Assembly (NCBI RefSeq): GCF_049723235.1
Contig: NZ_JBNARB010000002.1
Location: 115,535 to 179,534, forward strand
Origin: Thermovenabulum sp.
GTDB taxonomy: Bacteria; Bacillota; Thermosediminibacteria; Thermosediminibacterales; Thermosediminibacteraceae
Length of the DNA: 64,000 bases
Direction of reading: 5' to 3'
In this document: positions 36,081 through 45,683 of the stretch, in pieces
Layout of the letters: every line of letters starts with the position of its first letter
Position numbering within the stretch: position 1 is the first letter of the stretch
Made by a program: the position numbers and the translations under genes
The notes under the pieces: model-generated
The model's database searches: none
The model's input: the letters and a program-made list of their open reading frames with translations, nothing else
Told to the model about the DNA's origin: nothing

Positions 36081-36288
36081 CATCTGTAATTTTTCTATTA
36101 ATTCTATAACTATTTTAACAAGCCAACATTAGTTGGTGTTTTTGTGATGCTCTTTTTTATGGTTTTCCATTACGTTAAGTTTTTTTTATTAAAATTTGCC
36201 CTAAATTAAGTAAGGGTAGGCATTTGAGTAAAATGCCCACCCAACTATTGACATAGCGCCAAAATAATTAAGTTGTTTTATATCATTT

Positions 36289-37458
36289 TTATATATTACC
36301 ATTTAAAATAAAATTAGATATAGCCTTTATACCTACTGGTATACATTTTTCATCAGGCAAAAATAAGCTTGAATGTAATGGTATTTCACTTTCACATCCA
36401 AGGAAAAAGTATACTGCTGGAATCCTTTTTGCATAAAATGAAAAATCTTCTGAAATCATAGTAGGTCTAATATCAGTCAAAACATTATTAATCCCTAATA
36501 TTTCCTTCGAAGTTTCTATAAATTTTTCTGTCATTAATGGATCATTTTTTAATACGTCATAGCCTTTTATTATATCTACCTTACAATTTCCATCAAAACT
36601 TTTTACTAAATTATTTATTACTACCGGTAATTTTTCTTTAATATAAACTCTTGTGTTTTCACTTAATGTTCTTATAGTTCCATCCATAAATATTTTGGGA
36701 CATACAATATTATATCTACCTTCAGATTGAATTGATCCAATAGTCATAATCACATTTTCATAAGGATCTATATATTTAGCCCTAAAAGAACTTATTAAAT
36801 TAATGACCTGTCCTGCAATAAAAATTGAATCTATACCCTTTTGAGGTTCTGCAGCATGAGATGATTTCCCCTCAATCAATATTTTTATTCTATCTGAAGC
36901 CGCCATTGCATTTCCCTCTATTGCCCCTATTGTACCAATAGGTAAGTCAGGCCATACATGCAACCCTAAAATAGCATCAACATCATCTAAAACTCCATTT
37001 TCAATCATTAATTTAGCTCCACCCTCAGGGCTACATTCTTCAGCAGGTTGAAAAATGAATTTTATATTGAATTTTAAATAGTCCTTTAAATTTGATAATA
37101 AGTTTGCAACTCCCATAACTACAGCAGTATGTATATCATGTCCACATGCATGCATTACTCCATCATTTTTTGAAGCAAATTGTACTCCTGTTTCTTCTTG
37201 TATAGGTAAAGCATCAATATCTGCTCTAATTGCTAATGTTTTAACTGCCCCCGGTACTTTTATCAAACCAACAGCACCTGTTTCTGAATATTTAGTTTCA
37301 ACCTTAATTCCAAGATTTTTAAGAAATTCTACAATTAATTCTGTGGTTTTATATTCCTGATATCCTAATTCCGGGTTTTGATGAATTTCTTTTCTAAGAT
37401 TTATTATATTAGGTAATATTTTGTTTAAATTATCTTCTATGATCTTACATTTAATCAT
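36289..37458 (-). CDS. M20-family amidohydrolase (N-acyl-L-amino acid amidohydrolase / dipeptidase type)
   Basis: 389 aa. RADIDALP, MHACGHD, and EE metal-ligand blocks typical of the M20D/aminoacylase group. Confidence 0.8.
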   Translation of the reverse strand: MIKCKIIEDNLNKILPNIINLRKEIHQNPELGYQEYKTTELIVEFLKNLGIKVETKYSETGAVGLIKVPGAVKTLAIRADIDALPIQEETGVQFASKNDGVMHACGHDIHTAVVMGVANLLSNLKDYLKFNIKFIFQPAEECSPEGGAKLMIENGVLDDVDAILGLHVWPDLPIGTIGAIEGNAMAASDRIKILIEGKSSHAAEPQKGIDSIFIAGQVINLISSFRAKYIDPYENVIMTIGSIQSEGRYNIVCPKIFMDGTIRTLSENTRVYIKEKLPVVINNLVKSFDGNCKVDIIKGYDVLKNDPLMTEKFIETSKEILGINNVLTDIRPTMISEDFSFYAKRIPAVYFFLGCESEIPLHSSLFLPDEKCIPVGIKAISNFILNGNI

Positions 37459-37462
37459 TTTT

Positions 37463-38569
37463 TCAACTCCTAAAAATCTCTGTATCCACTTCCACTCCTA
37501 ATCCGGGAAGTTCAGGGCATTTTACTTTGCCATCTACAAAATTAAATCCTTCCTTAATTATATCATTTTCATGTAAGTCTATGCCAATATATAAATCATG
37601 AGGATAGGATAAAACCTTTGAACTTGCAACAAAATGTATGCTTGCAGCTATACCAATTCCTAATTCCAAATTACTCCCAGCAGTTGCCCTTAATTCAGCA
37701 GATTCTAAAACATTGCTGATTTTTTTTGCAGGCAAAAGCCCACCTACTTTACCAACTTTTATATTTACTATGTCCGCAGCATTATTTGAAATAACATTAT
37801 ACACATCATGAAAATTGGATACTGCTTCATCTGCCATTATTGGAGTATTTAGTTTTTCTCTAAATTTCCTTAATCCTTCTATATCCCATCTTTTAACGGG
37901 CTGTTCTATGCTTTCTATATCAAACTTCTCCAATTCTTGAAAAAGTTTAAGAGATGTAGGATAATCGTATCCTTGATTTGCATCCAGCCTTATTTTAATT
38001 CTATCTCCAAAATAATTTCTTATAGTTTCAACTAATTGATAATCTTTCTCGGGCGAATTGCCTACTTTTAATTTTATAACCTTATAACCCATATTGACGT
38101 AATATTCGGCTTCTTTAACGGCATCTTTTAAGTCTTCTTTTATTCCTACTACCCATGTAAGTTCAATATCCTCTCTAACCTTCCCGCCTAACAATTCATA
38201 AACGGGTAAATTTAATGTTTTACCCATTGCATCATATACAGCCATATCAATACAGGCTTTGGCTGCATAATTACCGTATATGGCTTGGTCCATAATTTCG
38301 TGTATCTTTTCTATATCGAAAACATTTTGGCCTATTAACCGAGGTTTTATATACTTTTGTATGATTAGTTCAATTGTATATGCTGTTTCTCCCATAAAAG
38401 CAGGAGCCGGTGAAGCTTCCCCGTATCCTTTTATCCCATCTTCCGTAATTACCTCAATAATTGCATGAGGCCTGGTTTTCGTCCCGTAATATGATATTTT
38501 CCATTCATTTTTTAAAGGTATTTCTACAACTGTCGTATTTATATCTTTTATATTACTTTTTATAACCAT
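37463..38569 (-). CDS. enolase-superfamily enzyme, MLE subgroup (dipeptide epimerase or N-acyl-amino-acid racemase type)
   Basis: 368 aa. KLKVG (KxK), RLDANQGY, IEQP, ADEAV, NIKVGKVGG give the catalytic Lys pair and metal ligands in order. Confidence 0.75.
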   Translation of the reverse strand: MVIKSNIKDINTTVVEIPLKNEWKISYYGTKTRPHAIIEVITEDGIKGYGEASPAPAFMGETAYTIELIIQKYIKPRLIGQNVFDIEKIHEIMDQAIYGNYAAKACIDMAVYDAMGKTLNLPVYELLGGKVREDIELTWVVGIKEDLKDAVKEAEYYVNMGYKVIKLKVGNSPEKDYQLVETIRNYFGDRIKIRLDANQGYDYPTSLKLFQELEKFDIESIEQPVKRWDIEGLRKFREKLNTPIMADEAVSNFHDVYNVISNNAADIVNIKVGKVGGLLPAKKISNVLESAELRATAGSNLELGIGIAASIHFVASSKVLSYPHDLYIGIDLHENDIIKEGFNFVDGKVKCPELPGLGVEVDTEIFRS

Positions 38570-38582
38570 GATGCATTACCTC

Positions 38583-39359
38583 CTATTTTGATGAAAAATA
38601 ATCATAAATAATAGAGCCTAATGTGTTATGAGTTTTTATCCCTTCCAAATTATTTTTAAGATTACTCATCATTACAACAACAATGACCTCTCTATCATTA
38701 ATATAAAGAATACCAGCATCATGCTCTACCGAAGGTAGATCTCCAGTTTTATGAGCAAATTTTATACCTACTGGCATTAATAAGGGTAATTTATTATTAC
38801 ACTGCTGTTTTAAAAGTATATCTATCATTTCCTTTCTCGAATCTGATAACATATCTTTACTCTCTGCCATATTTTTTAATATCATATATGTATCCTTTGC
38901 AGAAGTAAAATTATCCAACCCTTTTGCCTTTGCTTCCAAATCCATCATTTTTCTTTGAAGAACAGTATCATTCATTCCTAATTGTTTTATTTCTTCATTA
39001 ATATGCTCCATGCCTAATATATTAATTAATATATTTGTTGCAGTATTATCGCTTAAAATTATCATCAAAGTAGCTAAGTCTTTTATTGATAAATTTAATC
39101 CGGCATGAAGATATTGAATAACTCCAAAACCCGGTGCTTTATTTTCATCTTTTAATATTATTTCTTGATTGAGATTTATTTTCCCTTTTTCAGCTTCTTT
39201 GTATAATTTCCATAAAATCCATAATTTAATTATGCTTGCAGCAGGATAAATTTTGTCTTCATTAATAAAAACTTTTTCATCATCTTTCAAATCATGAATT
39301 ATTATACTACATTCACCTTCAAGCCCTTCCAAAGTTTTCTTTATCTTATCTTGTAACAT
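38583..39359 (-). CDS. class A beta-lactamase-fold serine hydrolase (no signal peptide)
   Basis: 258 aa. SIIK (SxxK), SDN and HKTG (KTG) motifs occur in canonical order. The N-terminus is not hydrophobic, so the protein is probably cytoplasmic. Confidence 0.7.
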   Translation of the reverse strand: MLQDKIKKTLEGLEGECSIIIHDLKDDEKVFINEDKIYPAASIIKLWILWKLYKEAEKGKINLNQEIILKDENKAPGFGVIQYLHAGLNLSIKDLATLMIILSDNTATNILINILGMEHINEEIKQLGMNDTVLQRKMMDLEAKAKGLDNFTSAKDTYMILKNMAESKDMLSDSRKEMIDILLKQQCNNKLPLLMPVGIKFAHKTGDLPSVEHDAGILYINDREVIVVVMMSNLKNNLEGIKTHNTLGSIIYDYFSSK

Positions 39360-39370
39360 ACTTATTCACC

Positions 39371-40180
39371 TCATGCTTTTAATATATCATCAGGATAATA
39401 TTGGGGTTTCCTATCATAATACATAGGTATTAAGGATCGTACTTTGTCTAATGCTGAAAAATCTATATCAGCTAATATAATGTTTTCCTCCTCTTCTGCT
39501 TCTGCCAATATTTCTCCCCAAGGATCTATAACTATTGAATGCCCAAAATAACTATTAACACCAGCAGAACCAACCCTGTTGCAAGCCGCTACAAAAAGTT
39601 GGTTTTCAATAGCCCTTGCTTGTAATAATGTTCTCCAATGATGAACTTTTGGTTTAGGAAAGTTAGCAACGGTTATAATAATCTGTGCTCCTCTAACTGC
39701 ATATGTCCTGCTTAATTCAGGGAACCTTATATCATAGCAAGTCATCAATGCTATTTTCCCAAACTCTGTTGAAAATACCGGCATTTCACTTCCATTTTTA
39801 AAACCTTTATCCTCTCTCATTGCACTATAAAGATGCATTTTTCTATATTTGCCTATAATTTCACCTTTTTTATCTATAAAAAATATAGTGTTATACGTAT
39901 CTTTCCCATCAAATTCCGGCAGTGAACCTCCAACTATATATACTCCGTTTTCCTTTGCCAAATTTCTAAGCAATGTAACAGAAGGGCCATCTTCTTTTTC
40001 AGCATAATCCATTATATTATCAAAGACCTCTTCAGAATAACCTGTAGTCCATGTTTCAGGTAAAACTAATATATCAGTATTTAACTTACTTGCTTTTGAT
40101 ATTAAATCTTTTACTTTTTCTCTATTAGCTTCTGGATTTTTATATTCTATAGCAAACTGCAAAATCCCCAATCTAAACAT
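39371..40180 (-). CDS. carbon-nitrogen hydrolase (nitrilase superfamily amidase)
   Basis: 269 aa. LVLPE, YRKMHL and MTCYDIRFPE give the Glu-Lys-Cys triad context. Confidence 0.8.
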   Translation of the reverse strand: MFRLGILQFAIEYKNPEANREKVKDLISKASKLNTDILVLPETWTTGYSEEVFDNIMDYAEKEDGPSVTLLRNLAKENGVYIVGGSLPEFDGKDTYNTIFFIDKKGEIIGKYRKMHLYSAMREDKGFKNGSEMPVFSTEFGKIALMTCYDIRFPELSRTYAVRGAQIIITVANFPKPKVHHWRTLLQARAIENQLFVAACNRVGSAGVNSYFGHSIVIDPWGEILAEAEEEENIILADIDFSALDKVRSLIPMYYDRKPQYYPDDILKA

Positions 40181-40254
40181 TAAAAATTCCCTCCTTTTTT
40201 GTTTTTTAGCCTATATAGCCCTGCACGAAATTATCGGCAGGGCTATATGATTAA

Positions 40255-41559
40255 TTAAAACTTATACAGGAAAGCTCTGACAACAACATAGAGCACTGTA
40301 AATATTGTTATCAAAATACCATTTTTTATCATGCTCTTTAAATCTTTGGACCTAGCAAGACCCATTTGTCCGACCATATCACCAGTTGGATACGCAAAAA
40401 ATGTAATTTGAGAACCTACTAAAAGTACTAAAGCCCATAGGTGCATCGGGAAATTAAGTTGATTTACAATTGGTAAAAATAGTTCATGAATAACCTTTTC
40501 TTGAGCCACCGCAGCACCAGTTACTCCAAATACACCAACTAAAGTGCTTATAATCATGAATAGTTTTGGTCCACCAACATCTATTAAAGGTTTTAAATAT
40601 CCGGCCAATGCATCAAAAGCTCCAGATTTTGTTATAAAATTAAGGAACGGATCGTATAAGACAAATAGGAAAAACAACCAATACATCCTCGAACTGCCTT
40701 TTATTAAAGCTTTTAAGACATCTTCAGCTTTCAATCCTGCAACAATACCTGTCAAAAATCCAACTATACCCATTACAACTATTACATAAGCAGCACCTGC
40801 TTTGGCTATTATACCGTATATTATTAACGCAAGCATGGAAACCAAAAAAACATTGGTTGCTTTTACTACCTTTTCATTAGGTTCAAAATTGATAATGTTA
40901 ACCTTATCTTCTTCTGAATAAGAGAATTTGCCTTCTGTTGCCTTCTGGGTCTGTTTTGCAACGAGAAAAGTAATTATCCAGACAATTATAGATATGGGTA
41001 TACCTACATGCAACAAGTATTGACCATAAGTTATACCTGTTAACCCTAATGTTGTAACAACAGGTGGTACAAAGGGTCCTAAATATAAACCCGTAGCACC
41101 TGCACCATGTAATAAAACCCCTAATGTATTTGGAGTTATATTAAAGCTAGCAACGATTGGAATAATGATTGGGGCAAGTATTGCATTAGACCCCGCCATA
41201 GAACCTAGTAAAGAAACTAAAATTACGGAAGATACCATAGTAGCTATCATTGCTTGTTCTTTATTTTTCACACCCATTTTTGTTATTACTAGCCTAACAA
41301 TGTTTTGAGCAACACCCGTTTGGCTTAATACTTCTCCAACCCCTGCTCCCATCAAAATAATAAAACCGATTAAGCCTAAAAATGAACCTAAAGCGCTAGA
41401 TATAGCTACACCCAATGTTACCGGAGTCTGTTTTGTAAGTATCGCACCTAACACAACGCAGTATAAAACTACCATTAAAATATCCTTACCTCTAAACGAT
41501 AAAATAATGTAAAGCAATAGAGGTAAAAAACCAAGAATTGCAGGAAGACCAAAAATCAT
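40255..41559 (-). CDS. ion-transporter-superfamily permease (GntP/NhaC/CitMHS-like)
   Basis: 434 aa, ~12 TM segments, Gly-rich re-entrant-like segments. Subfamily not assignable by eye. Confidence 0.55.
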   Translation of the reverse strand: MIFGLPAILGFLPLLLYIILSFRGKDILMVVLYCVVLGAILTKQTPVTLGVAISSALGSFLGLIGFIILMGAGVGEVLSQTGVAQNIVRLVITKMGVKNKEQAMIATMVSSVILVSLLGSMAGSNAILAPIIIPIVASFNITPNTLGVLLHGAGATGLYLGPFVPPVVTTLGLTGITYGQYLLHVGIPISIIVWIITFLVAKQTQKATEGKFSYSEEDKVNIINFEPNEKVVKATNVFLVSMLALIIYGIIAKAGAAYVIVVMGIVGFLTGIVAGLKAEDVLKALIKGSSRMYWLFFLFVLYDPFLNFITKSGAFDALAGYLKPLIDVGGPKLFMIISTLVGVFGVTGAAVAQEKVIHELFLPIVNQLNFPMHLWALVLLVGSQITFFAYPTGDMVGQMGLARSKDLKSMIKNGILITIFTVLYVVVRAFLYKF

Positions 41560-41638
41560 TCTTTTCTCTCCTTTCTTTAATTAATTCGGATTTTACTATT
41601 TATCAAATATAAAATTTAATCACAGCCCCCTTTCTTGT

Positions 41639-42484
41639 TTATTCATAAACCTTATTCTCAAGAAGAATAGCTTCCTTTTTCTTCATTTTCTCTAAACTAT
41701 AATCTTTATTTTTAGCACCGCAGGCGACAACCAAAGCATTGCAAACAGTCATAGCAGATACGAAAGAAAAGGCATTTGAAACGTTTTTTGCTATAAGGGT
41801 TATATCCGAATTTACAGCGATTGGCGAGGAAATATTGTCTGTTATTCCTATAACCTTGATTGACCTGTTTTTGCAGTATTTTGCAACTTCCACAGTAAGA
41901 GCAGTATACCGGGAATACCCTATTGTTATTAATAAATCATTTTTATCTGCATCTGCTAAGTGATCGTAAATATCCCAAGAAGAAGTATTTAATAATATTA
42001 CGTTATCCATAAACTGTTTCAGCATAAAATACAGGTAATAAGCGGGTGAAAAAGAGGATCTAAGCCCTAAAATATATACTTTTCTTGCCTCCATAACAGC
42101 ATTTACTGCTTTTGAAAATGATTCTATAAGATTTTCCGTAAGAGAAACTTTTAAACTCTCTATATTTGCATTAAAAATACTTTCTAATATGTTGTATTCT
42201 TTATCCATTATTGAAATTGAATCTCGTATCTCTTTCATTGGCATAACTTCATTTTTTACTAAAACTTGAAGTTTTTGCTGCAATTCAGGGTAACCGTTTA
42301 ATCCTAATTCCTTAGCGAATCTAGTTATACTTGCAGGACTGACATTAATCTTTTCACTTAATTCTTTTATCGAAATAAATGAAACAGTTAAATAATTTTT
42401 TGTAATATAATCAGCAATAACTTTATTTGTTTTTGAAAACTCTTCATATTTTTCAACGATTTTATTTATGATACTTTTCTCCAC
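41639..42484 (-). CDS. MurR/RpiR-family transcriptional regulator (HTH_6 + SIS domain)
   Basis: 281 aa. ISIKELSEKINVSPASITRFAKELGLNGYPELQ HTH, followed by a SIS-like Rossmann segment. Confidence 0.8.
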   Translation of the reverse strand: MEKSIINKIVEKYEEFSKTNKVIADYITKNYLTVSFISIKELSEKINVSPASITRFAKELGLNGYPELQQKLQVLVKNEVMPMKEIRDSISIMDKEYNILESIFNANIESLKVSLTENLIESFSKAVNAVMEARKVYILGLRSSFSPAYYLYFMLKQFMDNVILLNTSSWDIYDHLADADKNDLLITIGYSRYTALTVEVAKYCKNRSIKVIGITDNISSPIAVNSDITLIAKNVSNAFSFVSAMTVCNALVVACGAKNKDYSLEKMKKKEAILLENKVYE

Positions 42485-42988
42485 TCTTTTTCCTCCTGCA
42501 TTGAATATCTTTTTTTAGATTTTTTATTTTCTTTAAATTTATAATTCTATATGTTTTTGAAAATTCCTTCTCATTTTTTATGATTTTTGAAAAATTTTTT
42601 TCAATAATTTTTTTTAAAAACATGCCTAAAATAAAGACCTCAAGAAGGCACATAAAGAAAACCGTTTGGCTTGCAACTGCAGTGTTTGACAGCTATTACA
42701 CCATGCCCATATAATCAACATAAGGAGCAACAGCTATCGCTTGAAGGACAGGCTAAAAACCTAATAATTCACATAACAATACTTAGATCTTAAAAAAGCC
42801 GGAGTGGCTCAATTTAAATCTGTTGATAATGGGTCATTTTAATTCGCTATTGACATATTTATTTCTTTTGACGAACTACTCCCCTCAGCTCATGAATACG
42901 GCGAACATCATCTTTCTATATATGGATTTGTTGCCGGAATGGCAGTCATGGCGTTAAGTTTATTGATGTTTGTATAATTAGAATATAA

Positions 42989-43032
42989 GGGATAGGCACA
43001 GTCTAAAGTAGCTATGCCTATCCCTTTAATTT
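42989..43032 (+). terminator. orphan plus-strand terminator after a start-less membrane-protein gene tail (42843-42977)
   Basis: GGGATAGGCA-(16 nt)-TGCCTATCCC, then TTTAATTT. The preceding frame reads ...[25 protein letters not shown] with no start codon. Confidence 0.5.
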
Positions 43033-43083
43033 AATATTAGTACTCTATTTATATTCTTACCTGTAAGACAGTTTTGTAAAAAA

Positions 43084-43347
43084 TTATTTATTATAGAAAA
43101 GAGGAAGTTCTTTTATATAAATGATATCATCTCGCTTAACAGCATCTCCTTCTGCAAGAATAGCTGCCTTTGCAACAACTATTCCGCCTACCTTTTCAAC
43201 AAGTTTTTGTGTTGCAGCAATTAATTCACCAGTACTAACCACATCATCAATAATCGCTACTCTCTTCCCCTTAATTTTAGCAACATCATTGCTATCCAAA
43301 TATATAATCTGCAGCACAAACCAGTTCGGTATCTCCCAGAATAACAA
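43084..43347 (-). pseudogene. 3' fragment of a phosphoribosyltransferase gene
   Basis: KGKRVAIIDDVVSTGELI is the PRPP-binding loop of type I PRTases. The N-terminal ~100 aa are missing and the first residues of the track ORF are non-homologous. Confidence 0.6.
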
Positions 43348-43404
43348 AACTTGCTATCTACTTTCACTATCAAGGACGCAAGCATGCTCCGCGCACATAT
43401 GAAA

Positions 43405-43514
43405 AGCCCGCAATTACGCGGGCTTATTTTCATTTAATTTTAAGTTTTATCTACATAGTAATAAGGTTTACCATTTATAAAATTTAAAACAATTTTTTAA
43501 AGAAAAATCCTTTA
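43405..43514 (-). pseudogene. mini-relic of an AAA-ATPase/PDDEXK gene: promoter cassette + 27 nt of 5' coding + last 3 codons + terminator
   Basis: 43469-43514 matches 48560-48605. 43442-43468 matches 47149-47175 of the intact copy (codons EPYYYVDKT) at 25/27 positions. 43430-43441 encodes KIK*. The hairpin AGCCCGC-aattac-GCGGGCT is at 43405-43424. Confidence 0.65.
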
Positions 43515-44969
43515 CTAATTACATGCAAACTTTATTTTTTCCAAATAACCCAAAATATACAAAAATGCAAAAGCAGGTATGCGCATTACTGGGACTTTTG
43601 TATCTACAGGTAACTTCCCGTAATCTTCCGCCTTTTTGGTAATTATAAATGATCCGATTACTTCACTGCTATTCTTAGACATTTCTATAATCGCATCGCT
43701 TTCCTTAATCACGGGGTTTTCTCTAAATTTCACCTCAAAAAGAACCTTCCCCTGGGGAAGCTCAACAACAGCATCCACTTCCTTTTCATTACCCCCTGTC
43801 TTTCTATAATATCCAATCTTCGCCCTTACTCGGTTATAATAAGAAACTAAGTGCTTATAAACCGTGGTTTCAACCATTATTCCCATCTCTTCCGGTTCGA
43901 TCAGCACATTATCCAGCATTAAAACTGCGCTTCTTATTGCAGCATCAGCAATATAAATTTTTGGTTTTGCTTTTAATATTTGCTTTCCGTCAAGACTAAC
44001 CGGGTAACTAATATATATAAGATTCGCTTTTTCCAAATACTCTATATAATTAGATAAAGTTGCTGAAGGTGTATTGTCAAGCTCCTTGCTCATAGTAGCT
44101 ATATTTATTATATTTGATGAATTAAAGCAAAGATATAAAAATACCTTTTCCAATACCGAAGCATTGCGAATATTAAATAAGGATGGTATATCCCGCTTCA
44201 AAACTTTATCAACTACATCCTCCCTCAAAATCCTTTGAGCAAAAAAATCATCTTTCGACAAAGCCAATTCGGGGAATCCCCCAACAATTAAATAACGAAA
44301 AAAATACCTTTGCAGCGGAGAAAGAGCATTCATAATATTATTTATCTCATACCTGTTCAGTTTATTTAATTCTAATATGTCATTTACAAACTCAGTAAGC
44401 TTACTCTCTACATTTAAAAGTTCACAATATTCATAAAAAGAAAGCGTAGGAACATGAAGGACGGTCCACCTTCCTACACCGCTTTCGCTGGCACCTTGAA
44501 CCAATACAGGGCTTGCAGAACCTGTCGCAACAACTCTCCAATTAGGTTTTGTGTCATAATATACCTTTAACCAATTTCCCCAGTCTGGAGCATATTGAAT
44601 CTCGTCAAAAAATAGAAAAGCATCCTCCGATGATGATATATTTGTTTCATAAATTTCAATTATATCGTCTAATCTACAAAATTTTAAAAGCGGATGATCA
44701 AAGGAAATATATATTATTTTTCTTGGTTCAATCCCTTTTTCCAATAAAGTTTCAATAATTTGATAAAGTATCGTAGTCTTTCCTACACGCCTCGCCCCCG
44801 AAAGAATTACGAACCGTCTTAATTCGGGATGTATAAACATTTTCATGGCTTCATAATATGCTATCCTTTTTACAGGCTTTACAAAATCTCCGGGTATCTT
44901 TCCATTTCGCCACCACGGGTTATATGAATAAAGCAATTTAAGTATGTTATCAGGAGTTACAATTGCCAA
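43515..44969 (-). CDS. AAA+ ATPase of the AAA_14/DUF4143 type
   Basis: 484 aa. LSGARRVGKTT Walker A, FFDEIQ Walker B, and a YNPWW N-terminal block typical of this family. TTG start with GGAGGTG 6 nt upstream. Confidence 0.8.
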   Translation of the reverse strand: MAIVTPDNILKLLYSYNPWWRNGKIPGDFVKPVKRIAYYEAMKMFIHPELRRFVILSGARRVGKTTILYQIIETLLEKGIEPRKIIYISFDHPLLKFCRLDDIIEIYETNISSSEDAFLFFDEIQYAPDWGNWLKVYYDTKPNWRVVATGSASPVLVQGASESGVGRWTVLHVPTLSFYEYCELLNVESKLTEFVNDILELNKLNRYEINNIMNALSPLQRYFFRYLIVGGFPELALSKDDFFAQRILREDVVDKVLKRDIPSLFNIRNASVLEKVFLYLCFNSSNIINIATMSKELDNTPSATLSNYIEYLEKANLIYISYPVSLDGKQILKAKPKIYIADAAIRSAVLMLDNVLIEPEEMGIMVETTVYKHLVSYYNRVRAKIGYYRKTGGNEKEVDAVVELPQGKVLFEVKFRENPVIKESDAIIEMSKNSSEVIGSFIITKKAEDYGKLPVDTKVPVMRIPAFAFLYILGYLEKIKFACN

Positions 44970-45090
44970 TATTATGCACCTCCTATATATATTATAACCG
45001 TATTTATGATTTTTACAATAAAAATATAAATTATAGTTATTATTTTTTTGCTTATTTTATGAAATATATTTCATATTTTTGAAAATGTAG

Positions 45091-45170
45091 CCTTTTGATA
45101 AGGCAGCTTATAAAATTTTTAAATTATCCGAAGAAGAAAAAATAGAGGCTTTCATAGCCTCTTTTGCCAT
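45091..45170 (+). pseudogene. 80-nt internal fragment of a PIN-domain (vapC-like) gene
   Basis: Matches 51475-51554 of the intact PIN gene with two mismatches before a diverged last few nt. No start or stop of its own. Confidence 0.75.
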
Positions 45171-45173
45171 AAA

Positions 45174-45491
45174 CTAAATATGATAAAATTTCCTCTGGAC
45201 ATTATGATTTTCAGCCATAGGGCCTAGGATGAGTGCAAGAACGATAGGAGATGCCGGGAAGTCAAGTTTCATAAAAATATACCCTATTACTCCGCTCACC
45301 AGCATGACTCCCACATCGAAAAAGCTATTGTTCATCGCATATGATCCCACAATGCACAATATGAAAATAAGCGGAGTAAGGATATTTTTAGGCACAGAAA
45401 GCACCTTTATAAAAAGCCTTATTCCAAGCAATCCAGTTATCAACATTATGATATTGCGTACTAAAAGGCTTTGATTAACAATATCTGTCAC
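45174..45491 (-). pseudogene. C-terminal fragment of a TctA-family tripartite tricarboxylate transporter permease
   Basis: The 105-aa ORF ends ...ASPIVLALILGPMAEN..., like TctA C-termini. Full-length TctA is ~500 aa. It abuts the PIN fragment. Confidence 0.5.
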
Positions 45492-45654
45492 AAATCCCTA
45501 ATAACTGTAACTATTGGTTCTTATATACTTTTAGGTTCTGCTAAAACTTTAGAAGGATTTATCACCGCCGCCTTTTTTGAATTTATTGTAATGTATTTTC
45601 AAAAAATGGGGTTTAGCATCGATATTATAATTATTTTAGGAATAGTGCTTTAAT

Positions 45655-45683
45655 ATAAAAAAGCCCGCCAATGCGGGCTATTT
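45655..45683 (-). terminator. terminator of paralog A (same cassette repeated at 50516-50544 and, diverged, at 43405-43424)
   Basis: AGCCCGC-caat-GCGGGCT, flanked by A-run and T-run. Confidence 0.7.

Noticed and set aside
35440-36270. Terminal inverted repeats of the ISL3 relic.
   Set aside because: The candidate ends share only ATTGACA in direct, not inverted, orientation, and no GGCTCTT-type ISL3 terminus was found. The element boundaries therefore cannot be defined.
42462-42653. 63-aa ORF upstream of rpiR, and similar AT-rich ORFs (7289..7504, 7450..7740, 12353..12547, 17725..17985, 19663..19860, 20710..20928).
   Set aside because: All lie in promoter/spacer DNA, encode K/I/F/N/Y-rich low-complexity peptides, and lack RBSs.
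45059-45074. ATGAAATATATTTCAT palindrome with the same GAAATATATTTC core as the proposed enhancer of regulator 2.
   Set aside because: There is no -24/-12 element nearby. Its occurrence shows this AT-only palindrome can arise by chance, which is also why the UAS call at 31968-32000 gets low confidence.
45471-45653. 60-aa plus-strand hydrophobic ORF between the TctA fragment and paralog A.
   Set aside because: It has no RBS, starts inside the TctA fragment and shows no recognisable family. It may be another gene tail, but I cannot support that.
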